Shown: positions 39,310 through 49,468, numbered from the stretch's first letter. The stretch is 64,000 nt of DNA from an uncultured bacterium (GCA_964614945.1 CAZTNW010000003.1:72838-136837), one strand, 5' to 3'. The notes: generated by a model from the letters alone, not told the origin. Numbers and translations are program-made.

Positions 39310-39736
39310 TTGAACGCTCGAAAATCCTCTCCACAGCGTAACGCACGAGCTTAACACAACATTCGGAATGTATTTTTTCCTTGTAGAGCTTCAAGTCATC
39401 AGACCGGGAAAAGTCCATTCCGCTCAGCTCAAAACAATTAATCGAGCCGAATTTTTGCTGGAAATCATTAATGAAGCGGGAGGCTTCAGCATAGCATTTA
39501 TCCTTGCTCTCATTGCTTTGGTCACGGCCCCAGAGAAGGTCGAGGGCGATTAGGGCGCCGGTAACAGCTCCGCAGACATTTTTCGTGCGCGACATACCGC
39601 CCCCGAAAGCAGTGGCTATGCGAGGTATAATTTCGTTCTTCCGGTCAAGATATCTTGCCAGGGCGGTCAAGGTGGACTCGGCGCAATTGAGCCCGTCATC
39701 GAAGATGGACTGGGCGAAATCCTGAATCTCTGACAT
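39296..39736 (-). CDS. C_GCAxxG_C_C family protein (putative redox-active)
   Basis: 146 aa; NCAES...CGAVTG...C...CC cysteine pattern. Confidence 0.7.
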   Translation of the reverse strand: MSEIQDFAQSIFDDGLNCAESTLTALARYLDRKNEIIPRIATAFGGGMSRTKNVCGAVTGALIALDLLWGRDQSNESKDKCYAEASRFINDFQQKFGSINCFELSGMDFSRSDDLKLYKEKIHSECCVKLVRYAVERIFERSKNAG

Positions 39737-39990
39737 TATCCATCCTTTTCCTTTCTCGCTGAGTTCAGCGTTAATTGTCCCAATTTTTGCTCGAGTTGGG
39801 AAGCAAAAAATCTAAATTCGCTGAATTTCTTGTTAAAACTATTGACAAACATCCGTTCTATTTTCTAAAATGCAAGTACAGTTGCACCGAAGGAATAGGC
39901 CTCTCCCGCCTACTTCGGTCTACCGCGGAGAGCCAGGGACAATGCAGTCCTTGGCTCTCAACCTTTCCCGGCGTAAAATCTGAATGGAAA

Positions 39991-41661
39991 ATGGAAGAGT
40001 TGGCCGGAGTATTAGAGCGAGTCTCTCAAACTTCGAGGACAGGTGAGAAAACAGCCCTCGTCTCAGATTATCTGAGACGACTGAACTACAGGGAACTATC
40101 CCTTGCCGCCCTCTATCTCAGCGGAAGGCTCCTCCCACACGGCGCTCCTTTTAAATTAAATGTGGGCTGGAAGCTAATCCTTGACTCTCTGGATAAACTG
40201 AACAGGCTAATCGACGACTCTTTCGGTGAAACTTACAGGCGGTTCGGAGACCTGGGTCAGACGGCCTGGTTTCTTCTGCATGATCGAGGTGTCCTCCCCT
40301 CTTTCTCATCACTCGCCCTCTCGGAGCTGGCTGACGAGTTGGAGAAGATTGCCCTAATCAGCGGGAAGAGCTCGAGGAAAGAGAAAGACATCCGCCTCGA
40401 AGAAATCTTCCGCCGGTTGAGCCCGCTGGGATTGAAGTACCTGATTCGCCTCTTGCTCGGAGATCTACGTGTCGGCCTGAAAGAGAGTCTAGTGGAAAAG
40501 GCTATCGCTCTCGCCTTTTCAGAACCCCTCTCTTCCATCCGCCGAGCTAATCTGCTCCTGAGTGATATCGGGGAGGTCGCTCTGCTGGCACAAGCTCAAA
40601 AGACGAGGGAAGCGTCTTTGCGACCACTTCGTCCCCTTCATTTCATGCTGGCGGACACCCTGCTTGATACCGCAGAACCCTTCAGAAAAGGATCCGGGCT
40701 GCTTCTAGCCGAGGATAAGTACGATGGGATCCGCGCCCAGTTGCATTACTACAAAGGCGAGGTGGCGATCTTCTCCAGGAACTTAGAGAAGATCGGGCCT
40801 CATTTTCCTGAGATCGAAGAGAGCGCAAAAGCATGGGGCCACGACCTGATCCTGGATGGGGAAATTATCTCTCTGAAAGATGAGGTCGCCCAGCCTTTTT
40901 CTCTGCTTCAGCAGAGGCTGCACCGGAAAAAAGTGGAGAGATGGAAAGAGGTCGTCCCCGTCTCTTACATCGCTTTCGATCTTCTTTATCTCGACGGTAC
41001 CAGCCTTCTTGGCTCGCCGCTCGAGAGCCGGCAAGCGTTACTGCGAGGGCTGAGCTGGCCGCCGGGCTTTCAAATGGTTCACCAGATCGAGGTCGGCACC
41101 GAGCAGGAGCTCAGGTGTGCTTTTAACAATGCGCGGGAGCGGGGAAATGAGGGATTGATGCTGAAGGAGATAAGATCCCTCTACTCTCCGGGGAGCAGAG
41201 GGAAGCAGTGGTTGAAATTTAAAAAAGAGCTCACTACCCTGGATTGCCTGATCGTGACTGTGGAATGGGGGCACGGAAAGCGAGCGGGCCTTCTCTCCGA
41301 TTACACCTTTGCTGTGAAAGGACACGGCGGTGATTTGCTCACCATCGGCAAAGCCTACTCCGGCCTAACCGACAGGGAGATTAAATCGATGACCGCCTGG
41401 TTCCTCGAGCATTGTCTGCAGGATGAAGGCTGGCGGCTTCAGGTGGAACCGAAGATAGTCGTAGAGATTGCCTTCAATCAGATCCAAAGGAGTCCCCGGC
41501 ACACGAGCGGCTTCGCCCTGCGCTTCCCTCGCATCAAAAGAATCCGCGATGATAAACTGCCTGAGGAAATCGACACGATCGAGACAGTGGAAAAATTTTT
41601 CTTGAAGGAGAAAAGAGACCATGAAGATCGAGGAGTTTGCGGCGTACAGGGAGCGGATTAA
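39991..41661 (+). CDS. lig: ATP-dependent DNA ligase
   Basis: Adenylation motif KYDGIRAQ (KxDGxR) plus downstream OB-fold region; ORF track start 39775 extended, ATG at 39991 (MEELAGV...) fits ligase N-terminus. Confidence 0.85.
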   Translation: MEELAGVLERVSQTSRTGEKTALVSDYLRRLNYRELSLAALYLSGRLLPHGAPFKLNVGWKLILDSLDKLNRLIDDSFGETYRRFGDLGQTAWFLLHDRGVLPSFSSLALSELADELEKIALISGKSSRKEKDIRLEEIFRRLSPLGLKYLIRLLLGDLRVGLKESLVEKAIALAFSEPLSSIRRANLLLSDIGEVALLAQAQKTREASLRPLRPLHFMLADTLLDTAEPFRKGSGLLLAEDKYDGIRAQLHYYKGEVAIFSRNLEKIGPHFPEIEESAKAWGHDLILDGEIISLKDEVAQPFSLLQQRLHRKKVERWKEVVPVSYIAFDLLYLDGTSLLGSPLESRQALLRGLSWPPGFQMVHQIEVGTEQELRCAFNNARERGNEGLMLKEIRSLYSPGSRGKQWLKFKKELTTLDCLIVTVEWGHGKRAGLLSDYTFAVKGHGGDLLTIGKAYSGLTDREIKSMTAWFLEHCLQDEGWRLQVEPKIVVEIAFNQIQRSPRHTSGFALRFPRIKRIRDDKLPEEIDTIETVEKFFLKEKRDHEDRGVCGVQGAD

Positions 41662-41956
41662 TTCGATAATCTTAGAGCAGGGTACTATTGGAGTGAAGCG
41701 CTTTTTTAGCCTGGACTCGGCTGCCTACCGGAGCGGTGTCCTCCCGGCGAGAACAAAAGAGCTCTTGGGACTTGTCGCCTCGATGGTGCTCCGCTGCAAC
41801 GACTGCATCCTTTATCATTTAATTCAGTGCCGGAAAGAGGGATTGTCGGACGAGGAAATGTGGGAAGCCTGGGGCATCGCTCTGATGGTGGGGGGTTCCA
41901 TCGTCATCCCCCACCTTCGCTTCGCCGTTGAGAAATGGACTGAACTCAAGGTCTGA
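41621..41956 (+). CDS. carboxymuconolactone decarboxylase (AhpD-like) family protein
   Basis: 111 aa; CxxC-containing CMD core (RCNDCILYHL); GGAG RBS; 41-nt overlap with ligase 3' end. Confidence 0.8.
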   Translation: MKIEEFAAYRERINSIILEQGTIGVKRFFSLDSAAYRSGVLPARTKELLGLVASMVLRCNDCILYHLIQCRKEGLSDEEMWEAWGIALMVGGSIVIPHLRFAVEKWTELKV

Positions 41957-42063
41957 AAGAACGCTCGCTCTCCCCCTCGGGCATTGACGCGAAGGATGGG
42001 ACATCGGCATAACTTTTCTTGAGGTATTGACCGGTTGGTGGGCGACGGCGTGCTGGAGTTCCT

Positions 42064-44286
42064 TCAGCGAATAAGCCTGTCCCTTAAAATCGAGTGAAGG
42101 GCCTCTGGTTGTGCCGGGAGAGACTGAGGGAAAGAACCGAGAGCATCCCGAATGGCATTGAAGACAGCGGGGGCCACCCCGATCATGGTCATTTCACCCA
42201 CTCCCTTGGCTCCATAAGGACCTACCGGGTCAGGTACCTGAACGATTAAAGGTATGATCTCGGCGGGCATGTCCTGGACTGCGGGGATAATATAGGTGCC
42301 GAGGTTTGGAGTCAGGATGCGCCCATGCGCGAGCTTGAATTCTTCCATCAGGGCGAACCCCTGGCCCATTAACACCCCTCCGTAGAACTGCCCGAGAACA
42401 ATTTGCGGGTTCACGGCCTTGCCCAGGTCAGCGGCAGCGACTATCCTCAAGATCTCCACTTCTCCCGTTAAAGTATCCACTTCCAGTTCAACGATGTCGG
42501 TCGCATAGCCATAGCTCTGATGTGGCACGCATTGTCCTTGATTATTCATAGGAGTCGTGGGCCTGACTGCCTGCGTGCGATGCAGATATTCGGCATCGAC
42601 GATACCCCTCTTCCCTGCTGCTATTTGCGCTTGCAGAGCCTTTGCTGCCTCCAGAACAGCTCGTCCGGTGACAAAAACCTGCCTAGAAGCGGAGTTTGAT
42701 CCGCCATCAGGCGTACAGCAAGTATCGGGCTGGCGGAATTCGATCTTGCTCAAGGGGAGAGTGAGGGTTTCTGCCGCGATCTGACATAAGGCCGTGTGCA
42801 ACCCCTGGCCGCTGTCTGTAACGCCGACCATCAGTGAGGCCGTTTCGATCTGGCCCGAGGGCGCCACCTGCGCTTGGATCCTCACGCGGGATTGATCGTC
42901 GTAGCCGAAACTGTAACCGATATTCTTGTATACGCAAGCCACTCCCCTACCCCGGATCCGATCGGGCCGCACAGGCGATTTTGCCAGCGGAGCGACCCAG
43001 CCGGAATTTCCATTACTCCAGCCAGCCTTTGAGGCTGCCTGGAGTAATGTCTCCTTTATTCCCACCCCGGGTGGAATCCGGTTCCCCGTAGGGAGAATTG
43101 CTCCTTCCTCCAGTAAATTTCGCAGACGGAATCCCACCGGGTCCATATTCAAGGCCCGCGAGGCCTCCTCGACGAGGCTTTCGTGAATCAAGGGCACCTG
43201 GGCTGAGCCGAAACCCCGCATGGCCATAGTCGAAATGTTATTGGTGTAGACGGTCCTTCCGCGAACATGTACGTTTGGGATGTCGTAAGGCCCGCAGGCG
43301 TAAGAGACCGCATTGGCGAGGACGGCGATAGAGGTGGAGGCGTAAGCGCCGGCATCAGTGAGAAGGTCAATCTCCATTGCCATAATCCTTCCTCCTCTCA
43401 CTCCAATTTTCCCTTTCATATAGAAAGGGTGGCGCTTTCCGTGACCACGAATGGACTCCTCCCGAGAATAGACAAGCTTAACCGGACAGCGCAGCCGGAA
43501 TGCTGCTAAGGCTGTAAGGATCTGCAGGGAAATATCCTCCCGGCCGCCGAAAGCACCGCCTGTTGGCATCAATATCACCCGCACTTCTTCTTCAGATAGA
43601 TTTAGGGCGTGGGCGATCTGGCGCCTATCATCGAAAATCCACTGGGAGCCGACATAAACCGTGATCCTGCCTTCATCATCGATCAGGCCGACCGCTGCCT
43701 CCGGCTGAAGGAAGGCGTGTTCGTTGAATGGAGTGCTGATCTCCCTCTCCAGGACAAGATCTGCCCGGGCGAAGGCCTCTTTCACCTCTCCGTGCCTGAG
43801 CTCGAAGGCTTGGAGAAGGTTCGATCCTGTCTGCTCGTGTACCAGGGGTGCGCTTTCCTCTAGAGCCTCGCCGGGGTGGAATACTCCCGGGAGGACCTCG
43901 TAACTAACCTTGATTCTCTCCAGGGCCAGGGATGCCTGCTGCTCAGTTTCAGCTACTATAAGAGCAACCGGGTCTCCGATGGACCGTACCTTCTTTCCCG
44001 CCAGCACCTCCTGATCGTAAACTAAGATGCCGAACTCGTTGCGGGGAACATCCAGGTAGGTGAACACCTTCCTCACTCCCGGCATCGCTTCTGCTTCGGA
44101 GAGGTCAATGCCAAGAATTCGGGCATGTGAGTGAGCGGAGAAAAGGACTTTGGCGTATAACATATTCGGGAAGTAAAGGTCTCCGGAAAACCTCGTCTCT
44201 CCGGATACTTTTCCCGGGGCATCCACCTTAGGGAACTCCTTGCCCAAGTAACTCATTGGCATCCGCGGTTCCTCTTTCACCTGCAT
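42064..44286 (-). CDS. xanthine dehydrogenase / aldehyde oxidase family molybdopterin-binding subunit
   Basis: 740 aa; MPTGGAFGGRED and C-terminal GAKGVGE active-site-type blocks typical of Mo hydroxylase large subunits. Confidence 0.85.
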   Translation of the reverse strand: MQVKEEPRMPMSYLGKEFPKVDAPGKVSGETRFSGDLYFPNMLYAKVLFSAHSHARILGIDLSEAEAMPGVRKVFTYLDVPRNEFGILVYDQEVLAGKKVRSIGDPVALIVAETEQQASLALERIKVSYEVLPGVFHPGEALEESAPLVHEQTGSNLLQAFELRHGEVKEAFARADLVLEREISTPFNEHAFLQPEAAVGLIDDEGRITVYVGSQWIFDDRRQIAHALNLSEEEVRVILMPTGGAFGGREDISLQILTALAAFRLRCPVKLVYSREESIRGHGKRHPFYMKGKIGVRGGRIMAMEIDLLTDAGAYASTSIAVLANAVSYACGPYDIPNVHVRGRTVYTNNISTMAMRGFGSAQVPLIHESLVEEASRALNMDPVGFRLRNLLEEGAILPTGNRIPPGVGIKETLLQAASKAGWSNGNSGWVAPLAKSPVRPDRIRGRGVACVYKNIGYSFGYDDQSRVRIQAQVAPSGQIETASLMVGVTDSGQGLHTALCQIAAETLTLPLSKIEFRQPDTCCTPDGGSNSASRQVFVTGRAVLEAAKALQAQIAAGKRGIVDAEYLHRTQAVRPTTPMNNQGQCVPHQSYGYATDIVELEVDTLTGEVEILRIVAAADLGKAVNPQIVLGQFYGGVLMGQGFALMEEFKLAHGRILTPNLGTYIIPAVQDMPAEIIPLIVQVPDPVGPYGAKGVGEMTMIGVAPAVFNAIRDALGSFPQSLPAQPEALHSILRDRLIR

Positions 44287-44413
44287 TGTAGGTTCGTTTC
44301 TGAAAAAGCGTCAAGTAAGGAAGGGAGAGACAAATCCCCAAAATTCGCTTGAATAAAGGAATAGGCGGCTTTAGACTTGACAAAGCTATCCGGAGGATAC
44401 TATCCTACCGCCC

Positions 44414-45025
44414 ATGTGTCCAAAAAAGAGGTTCGAGCGAGGGACACTTCTCTTGCTTGTAATCTTCTTATTGCTCTTTGGTTGCCAGGCAATGGCGACA
44501 CAAATAGAGAGGACCGGAATACTGAGCGCACCTATTGCTTCGGGACAATACACCGGCGCTTCCAATCGGATTGTGCTGGAAAGGGAGATACTGGTAGAGA
44601 CGGATTTTCCAGCCCACCCCCAAGCCCATGAGGTAATCTCGCTTCGAAAAATTCTGAAGGAAGTAAACGCGGATCCCTCAGGAGATCCTCTCCTCGTTGG
44701 AACATACCATAAAGAGGGGTGCTTTGAATTTCTATCTGCTCTTTTTTATCTGGCCGGGATTGACTTCAGATCAGCTCTGAGCGGGGCGCACGATGTATCC
44801 TCACTCGAGAACGGCGACATCGTGAAAATCGAGAATTCCACCTATTACGGCCTGCCGCATTGGGGCATTTTTCTCGATGGCCTGGTCTTTCATAACTGGG
44901 ATGGCTACCGCGCCGAGTTTTTCGCCGATTTTCTCGAAACTTACATGCTTCCCGGCTCCGCACATTTAATTCTGCGGCCGAGCTATCATCTTCCCTCAGC
45001 CTCGGCCCTCATCTACCCCCGATGA
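44414..45025 (+). CDS. hypothetical lipoprotein
   Basis: 203 aa; signal peptide with lipobox-like LLLFGC. Confidence 0.5.
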   Translation: MCPKKRFERGTLLLLVIFLLLFGCQAMATQIERTGILSAPIASGQYTGASNRIVLEREILVETDFPAHPQAHEVISLRKILKEVNADPSGDPLLVGTYHKEGCFEFLSALFYLAGIDFRSALSGAHDVSSLENGDIVKIENSTYYGLPHWGIFLDGLVFHNWDGYRAEFFADFLETYMLPGSAHLILRPSYHLPSASALIYPR

Positions 45026-45030
45026 ACGAA

Positions 45031-46119
45031 TTACCAGGATCCTCCCGACTTCACTAGGGTCATGAGCTGCTCCCCGGTCAAATTATCGATTCCCAGTTTC
45101 TCCACTGTTCGCCCGCTGGCCCAATAGTCTACCTGATGGAGAATGGAGGCCAAATGGATGAAGACGGAAAAGGTAGGAACGCTCACCCCGTACTTCATCC
45201 CAATTGAAGCAATAGGAACAAGGCTCATCGGGATATCTTCCGTTAGGTAGCGAGTCTGTAGCGTTGGAGGTGCCTGAATCCCGTAATAACCGACATTGTT
45301 CTGCATGGCCTCGAAAAGATTAGAACCACTGGCGTCGTAGGCCATCTCGAGCCAATCCCGCGCAGAGAGAGCATCAATCCCGAGGGCCTTCGCTACATTC
45401 AGGCGTTCGGCATCGAGGGTCTCCAGGATCCTGGAGACAGTGGGTGAATTGCCCTCGATATAATATTGAAAATCCCCGCGCGTGTTCTCGATCCGCGCGG
45501 CGTTAAGGATGGTCAAGGTGGGATGGAAAATGGCCCCGATATTATCCAGGCTCGTCCTTAAAACATTCTGGGCAGGGACAAACTCTGGATAGGCCTGGCG
45601 GACCACGGACAGGACATGCGCCGTATCCGTAGCGGGGAGAGCGGCAACGGGAATAGAATTTTTGATTCGAAAGATTTTCACCTGGGCAGGGTTTAGCGCT
45701 CTGCTGGCGTAGATAAAGGTCTGCGCTTCTGCGACAAAAACATCTGCCCGGCAGCCCTCCTCGCGCAAGACGTTGCGGAACTCAATCGCCCCTCCGGTTC
45801 TCCCTGGATTCAACAGGACAATTTGACCATCTTTCAAGTGAGGAGCGGCCTTCTCTGCCATGAAGCGGTGGCCGTTTGCCGGCACCACCACCATCAGTAC
45901 ATCTGCATCACGAATGGCCAGGGCAGGATCGGTAGTTGCAAGGGAAATCGGGGCAAAACCCTGCACTTCTCCCTCTATCTCAATTCCCCCTCTTGCGGTC
46001 ACAGGCTCCAAGCGAAATTGACTGCGATTGAAGAGCGAGACTTCAAAACCCTTGAGCACCAGGTGCGCGGCCATAGCCAAACCACCATTCCCCGCACCTA
46101 AGACACAGAATCTGGGCAT
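45031..46119 (-). CDS. NAD(P)-dependent opine-dehydrogenase / ketopantoate-reductase-like oxidoreductase
   Basis: 362 aa; N-terminal Rossmann FCVLGAGNGGLAMA; overall resemblance to octopine/nopaline dehydrogenase family. Confidence 0.6.
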   Translation of the reverse strand: MPRFCVLGAGNGGLAMAAHLVLKGFEVSLFNRSQFRLEPVTARGGIEIEGEVQGFAPISLATTDPALAIRDADVLMVVVPANGHRFMAEKAAPHLKDGQIVLLNPGRTGGAIEFRNVLREEGCRADVFVAEAQTFIYASRALNPAQVKIFRIKNSIPVAALPATDTAHVLSVVRQAYPEFVPAQNVLRTSLDNIGAIFHPTLTILNAARIENTRGDFQYYIEGNSPTVSRILETLDAERLNVAKALGIDALSARDWLEMAYDASGSNLFEAMQNNVGYYGIQAPPTLQTRYLTEDIPMSLVPIASIGMKYGVSVPTFSVFIHLASILHQVDYWASGRTVEKLGIDNLTGEQLMTLVKSGGSW

Positions 46120-46185
46120 CTATACCTCCTCAGCAAAAAGAGCGAGCTCCCATGCAAAAAATATTCCCGATAAAATAGCCAGATT

Positions 46186-46428
46186 TTAGCTTTCTTTGAG
46201 CTCGGCCTTTTTCTCTTCCAGTAAATCCTTGCCCTTGTGCAGTAAATCCTTCGTCTCCCGCTTGATCACTTCGGGTAAATGCTCTGCCTTCTCTTTCAGC
46301 TCCAGCGCTTTTTCTTTTAAGAAAGCCCTTGTCTCCTCACCGGATTGAGGCGCGAAAAGCAAGGCGATTCCTGCCCCGATCAGGCCTCCGATGATTAATC
46401 CGGCGAAGAAGTCACCCCGGCTTGACAT
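46186..46428 (-). CDS. YtxH-like small membrane-anchored stress protein
   Basis: 80 aa; N-terminal glycine-zipper helix FFAGLIIGGLIGAGIALLFAP followed by charged helical region. Confidence 0.7.
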   Translation of the reverse strand: MSSRGDFFAGLIIGGLIGAGIALLFAPQSGEETRAFLKEKALELKEKAEHLPEVIKRETKDLLHKGKDLLEEKKAELKES

Positions 46429-46535
46429 GGTCCTTTACCTCCATCGTAGGATAAAAATTATTATGAAGCAGGGAATGAATAAAGGCAACCTTTGCCATTA
46501 CAGCCAAAGCAGGCTAAAATTGGCCTCGTGTTTAG

Positions 46536-48650
46536 ATGAAAACCCTCGTTATTACTGAAAAACCAAGCGTGGCAAGTGATATCGCAAAGAGCCTGGGGGG
46601 GTTCCGGAAGCAGGCGGAATTCTATGAAAGCGAGGATACCTTCATCACCTGGGCCCTGGGCCACCTGGTCACACTGGCTGAGCCGGAGGACTACGACAAG
46701 AAATACAAAATGTGGCTGCTCGAACATTTACCGATCATCCCTGACCAGTTCAAACTTAAGGTTATTTCCAGGACCGAGCCTCGCTTCCACGCCATCGCTC
46801 GCTTGCTGAAAAAGAAGGATGTTACCGGTGTAATAAACGCTTGCGACGCGGGGAGGGAGGGAGAGCTTATCTTTCGCAACATCATGGAGGCCGTACGAAC
46901 CAATAAACCAATCCAGCGATTGTGGCTCTCCTCAATGACCGCGGCTTCCATCCGCCAGGGGTTCCAGAATCTCCATCCGGGGGAAGATATGGAGCTTCTC
47001 TCCCAGGCAGCGAAGAGCAGGTCGGAAAGCGATTGGCTCATCGGAATCAATGCCACGCGCGCCTTCACGCGAAGATTTGGCACCCTGCTCTCCATCGGAC
47101 GCGTGCAGACGCCTACCCTGGCCATTCTCGTGCAGCGAGAAAGGGAGATCTCCTCCTTTTCGCCGGAAAAGTATTTCGAGCTCTTCTCCCAATTTTCCTC
47201 TAGGAACGGCAAGTACACCGGCAAGTGGTTCACGCGAGGGCGCGATCGGTTTTTCTCCAGGGAAGAAGCAGAAAAAGTAAGGGACAAGGTGCTCGGCAAT
47301 GCAGGTATCATCGTGGAACTGGACAAGAGAGAGAGTAAACAAATTCCGCCATTGCTCTTCGACCTGACGGAGCTCCAGAGGGAGGCTAACAGGCGCTTCG
47401 GCTATACCGCTCGTCGTACACTCGACTGCGCGCAGAGGCTGTACGAAGAATACAAATTGGTCACCTATCCGCGCACGGACTGCCAATATCTCTCGAGCGA
47501 CATGATCCCTCATCTCAAGGAAATTATCAGCCAGGTCGCCGTGGGCGAATGGCAAGCTTTCGCTCTCTCCCTCCTCTCGCTTGCCAAGCTCCCCCTGAGC
47601 AAAAGGATCGTCGATGACTCTCGCATCACTGATCATCATGCCATCATCCCCACTCCCACGCGCCCGGAGATCTCCAAATTGAAGCCCGAGGAGAGCAGGA
47701 TCTACAACCTTATCGTTAGGCGGTTCCTCGCTGTATTTTTCCCTCCCGCGCTCTGGGAGCATACTCGATTAGTCACGGAGGTTAAAAAGGAAAGCTTCCG
47801 CAGCGAGGGGAAAAAATTACTCGATCAGGGCTGGCTGCAGGTTCTCGAACGGTCCACCGCTGAGGAATTTCTCCCGCGGTTGGAAAAGGGGGAGAGCGTG
47901 GAGATGGAGAAGACGGTGATCGAGGAGAAGGAAACGGTACCCCCTCCCCGCTATACTGACGCTACCCTTCTTTCGGCGATGGAAGGAGCCGGAAAGCTAA
48001 TTGAGGATGAGGAACTCAAACAGGCCATGAAGGAGAGAGGGCTGGGCACCCCCGCAACCCGAGCAGCCATCATTGAACGCCTGATAGAAGTAGGATACCT
48101 GGAGCGCGAGGAGAAGGCCCTTCATCCCACCCCCAAGGGGTTGGAATTAATAAAAACTATCGAGACGATACCCATTCCGGAAATCACCTCTCCTGAGCTG
48201 ACGGGTGAATGGGAAAGCAAACTGGTCCGCATGGAAAAGGGAGAGCTGGCACGGAAACAGTTCATGAAAGAGATAGAGGAGCTGGCACGCGAGATCGTGG
48301 GAAAGGTTAAGAAAGCCGAGAATGTATCCGGCGTTCGACAGGCCGCATCAGCTGCGGTGGGCACCTGTCCCCTCTGCGGGGGAGAGGTGAAGGAGAACAG
48401 GATGGCCTTCTCCTGCCAGAACTGGAAGGAAAAAGGGTGCAAGTTCGCCATCTGGAAGAAGATTGCTCGCAAGACAATCACCCGCAGCCAGGCGGAGAGC
48501 CTACTCAAAAAAGGGCGAACCAATCTCATCTCTGGATTTAAATCAAAATCGGGCAAGCCGTTCCGTGCCTATTTGAAGCTTGAGGGAGGGAAAGTAATTT
48601 TTGAGTTTCCCCAGATCGGGCGAAGAGAAAGCGGGAGCTGGGACAAATGA
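46536..48650 (+). CDS. topB: type IA DNA topoisomerase (topoisomerase III-like) with C-terminal zinc ribbon
   Basis: 704 aa; Toprim N-terminus (LVITEKPSVA), active-site Tyr context VTYPRTDCQYLS, CPLCGG...C..C zinc ribbon. Confidence 0.75.
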   Translation: MKTLVITEKPSVASDIAKSLGGFRKQAEFYESEDTFITWALGHLVTLAEPEDYDKKYKMWLLEHLPIIPDQFKLKVISRTEPRFHAIARLLKKKDVTGVINACDAGREGELIFRNIMEAVRTNKPIQRLWLSSMTAASIRQGFQNLHPGEDMELLSQAAKSRSESDWLIGINATRAFTRRFGTLLSIGRVQTPTLAILVQREREISSFSPEKYFELFSQFSSRNGKYTGKWFTRGRDRFFSREEAEKVRDKVLGNAGIIVELDKRESKQIPPLLFDLTELQREANRRFGYTARRTLDCAQRLYEEYKLVTYPRTDCQYLSSDMIPHLKEIISQVAVGEWQAFALSLLSLAKLPLSKRIVDDSRITDHHAIIPTPTRPEISKLKPEESRIYNLIVRRFLAVFFPPALWEHTRLVTEVKKESFRSEGKKLLDQGWLQVLERSTAEEFLPRLEKGESVEMEKTVIEEKETVPPPRYTDATLLSAMEGAGKLIEDEELKQAMKERGLGTPATRAAIIERLIEVGYLEREEKALHPTPKGLELIKTIETIPIPEITSPELTGEWESKLVRMEKGELARKQFMKEIEELAREIVGKVKKAENVSGVRQAASAAVGTCPLCGGEVKENRMAFSCQNWKEKGCKFAIWKKIARKTITRSQAESLLKKGRTNLISGFKSKSGKPFRAYLKLEGGKVIFEFPQIGRRESGSWDK

Positions 48651-49462
48651 ATCTGCCCCAGGTTTTGATTCTGGCTCTGGTGCAGGGACTCACAGAGTTT
48701 CTTCCCATTTCCTCCTCAGCCCATCTGATCATCGTCCCTTACTTCCTCGGCTGGCCGGCGGCACCTGTATCGTTTGATGTGGCGCTCCACCTGGGCACTC
48801 TTCTCGCCCTGGTCCTCTACTTTTTCCGCGACCTGAGCAAGATCATCAAGAACTGGGTGTATTCTCTCTCGCGAAGGAAGAACGATCTTTCGGAGGAAAA
48901 CCTTTTCTATAGCCGTCTATTCTATTTTATCCTCCTCGGCACTATCCCTGCAGTCGTGCTGGCCCTCCTCTTCAAGCAGTCGATCGAAACAGCCTTTTGC
49001 TCCACCCTGGCCAGCGCCACATTGCTCCTGGTTAATGGAGTGTACCTTGCTTTAGCGGATGTCTTCGCCACACCCAGAAAACTCATGCGCGAGCTGAAAG
49101 GGGCGAGCGCTTTCGTAATTGGAGTAGCGCAGGCCGCCGCTCTTCTACCGGGTATCTCTCGCTCGGGAGCGACCATATCTACTGGCATTTTATTCGGTCT
49201 GAAACGCGAGGAAGCTGCCAGATTCTCCTTCCTCCTCTCCATCCCGATCGTCCTGGGAGCAGCTATCCTGGAATTTCTGACTCTTTCCTGGGAGGGGATG
49301 AATGTGCTGCTCTTCCTCGTAGGGATTTTTACCTCTTTTATTGTCGGCATCCTCTGCGTTCATTTCTTCCTTCGCTTTATCAGACGCAGTCGTCTTATCT
49401 GGTTTGCCCTCTATTCCTGGGCACTGGGGCTTTTTGCCCTATATCAAATCTTTCTGGCATAG
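48647..49462 (+). CDS. uppP: undecaprenyl-diphosphate phosphatase
   Basis: 271 aa; TEFLPISSSAHL and PGISRSG motifs, about 8 TM segments. Confidence 0.9.
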   Translation: MNLPQVLILALVQGLTEFLPISSSAHLIIVPYFLGWPAAPVSFDVALHLGTLLALVLYFFRDLSKIIKNWVYSLSRRKNDLSEENLFYSRLFYFILLGTIPAVVLALLFKQSIETAFCSTLASATLLLVNGVYLALADVFATPRKLMRELKGASAFVIGVAQAAALLPGISRSGATISTGILFGLKREEAARFSFLLSIPIVLGAAILEFLTLSWEGMNVLLFLVGIFTSFIVGILCVHFFLRFIRRSRLIWFALYSWALGLFALYQIFLA

Positions 49463-49468
49463 GAGGGA

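Noticed and set aside
46932-47762. 276-aa minus-strand ORF inside the topoisomerase gene
   Set aside because: Antisense shadow ORF; the plus-strand frame carries clear type IA topoisomerase motifs.
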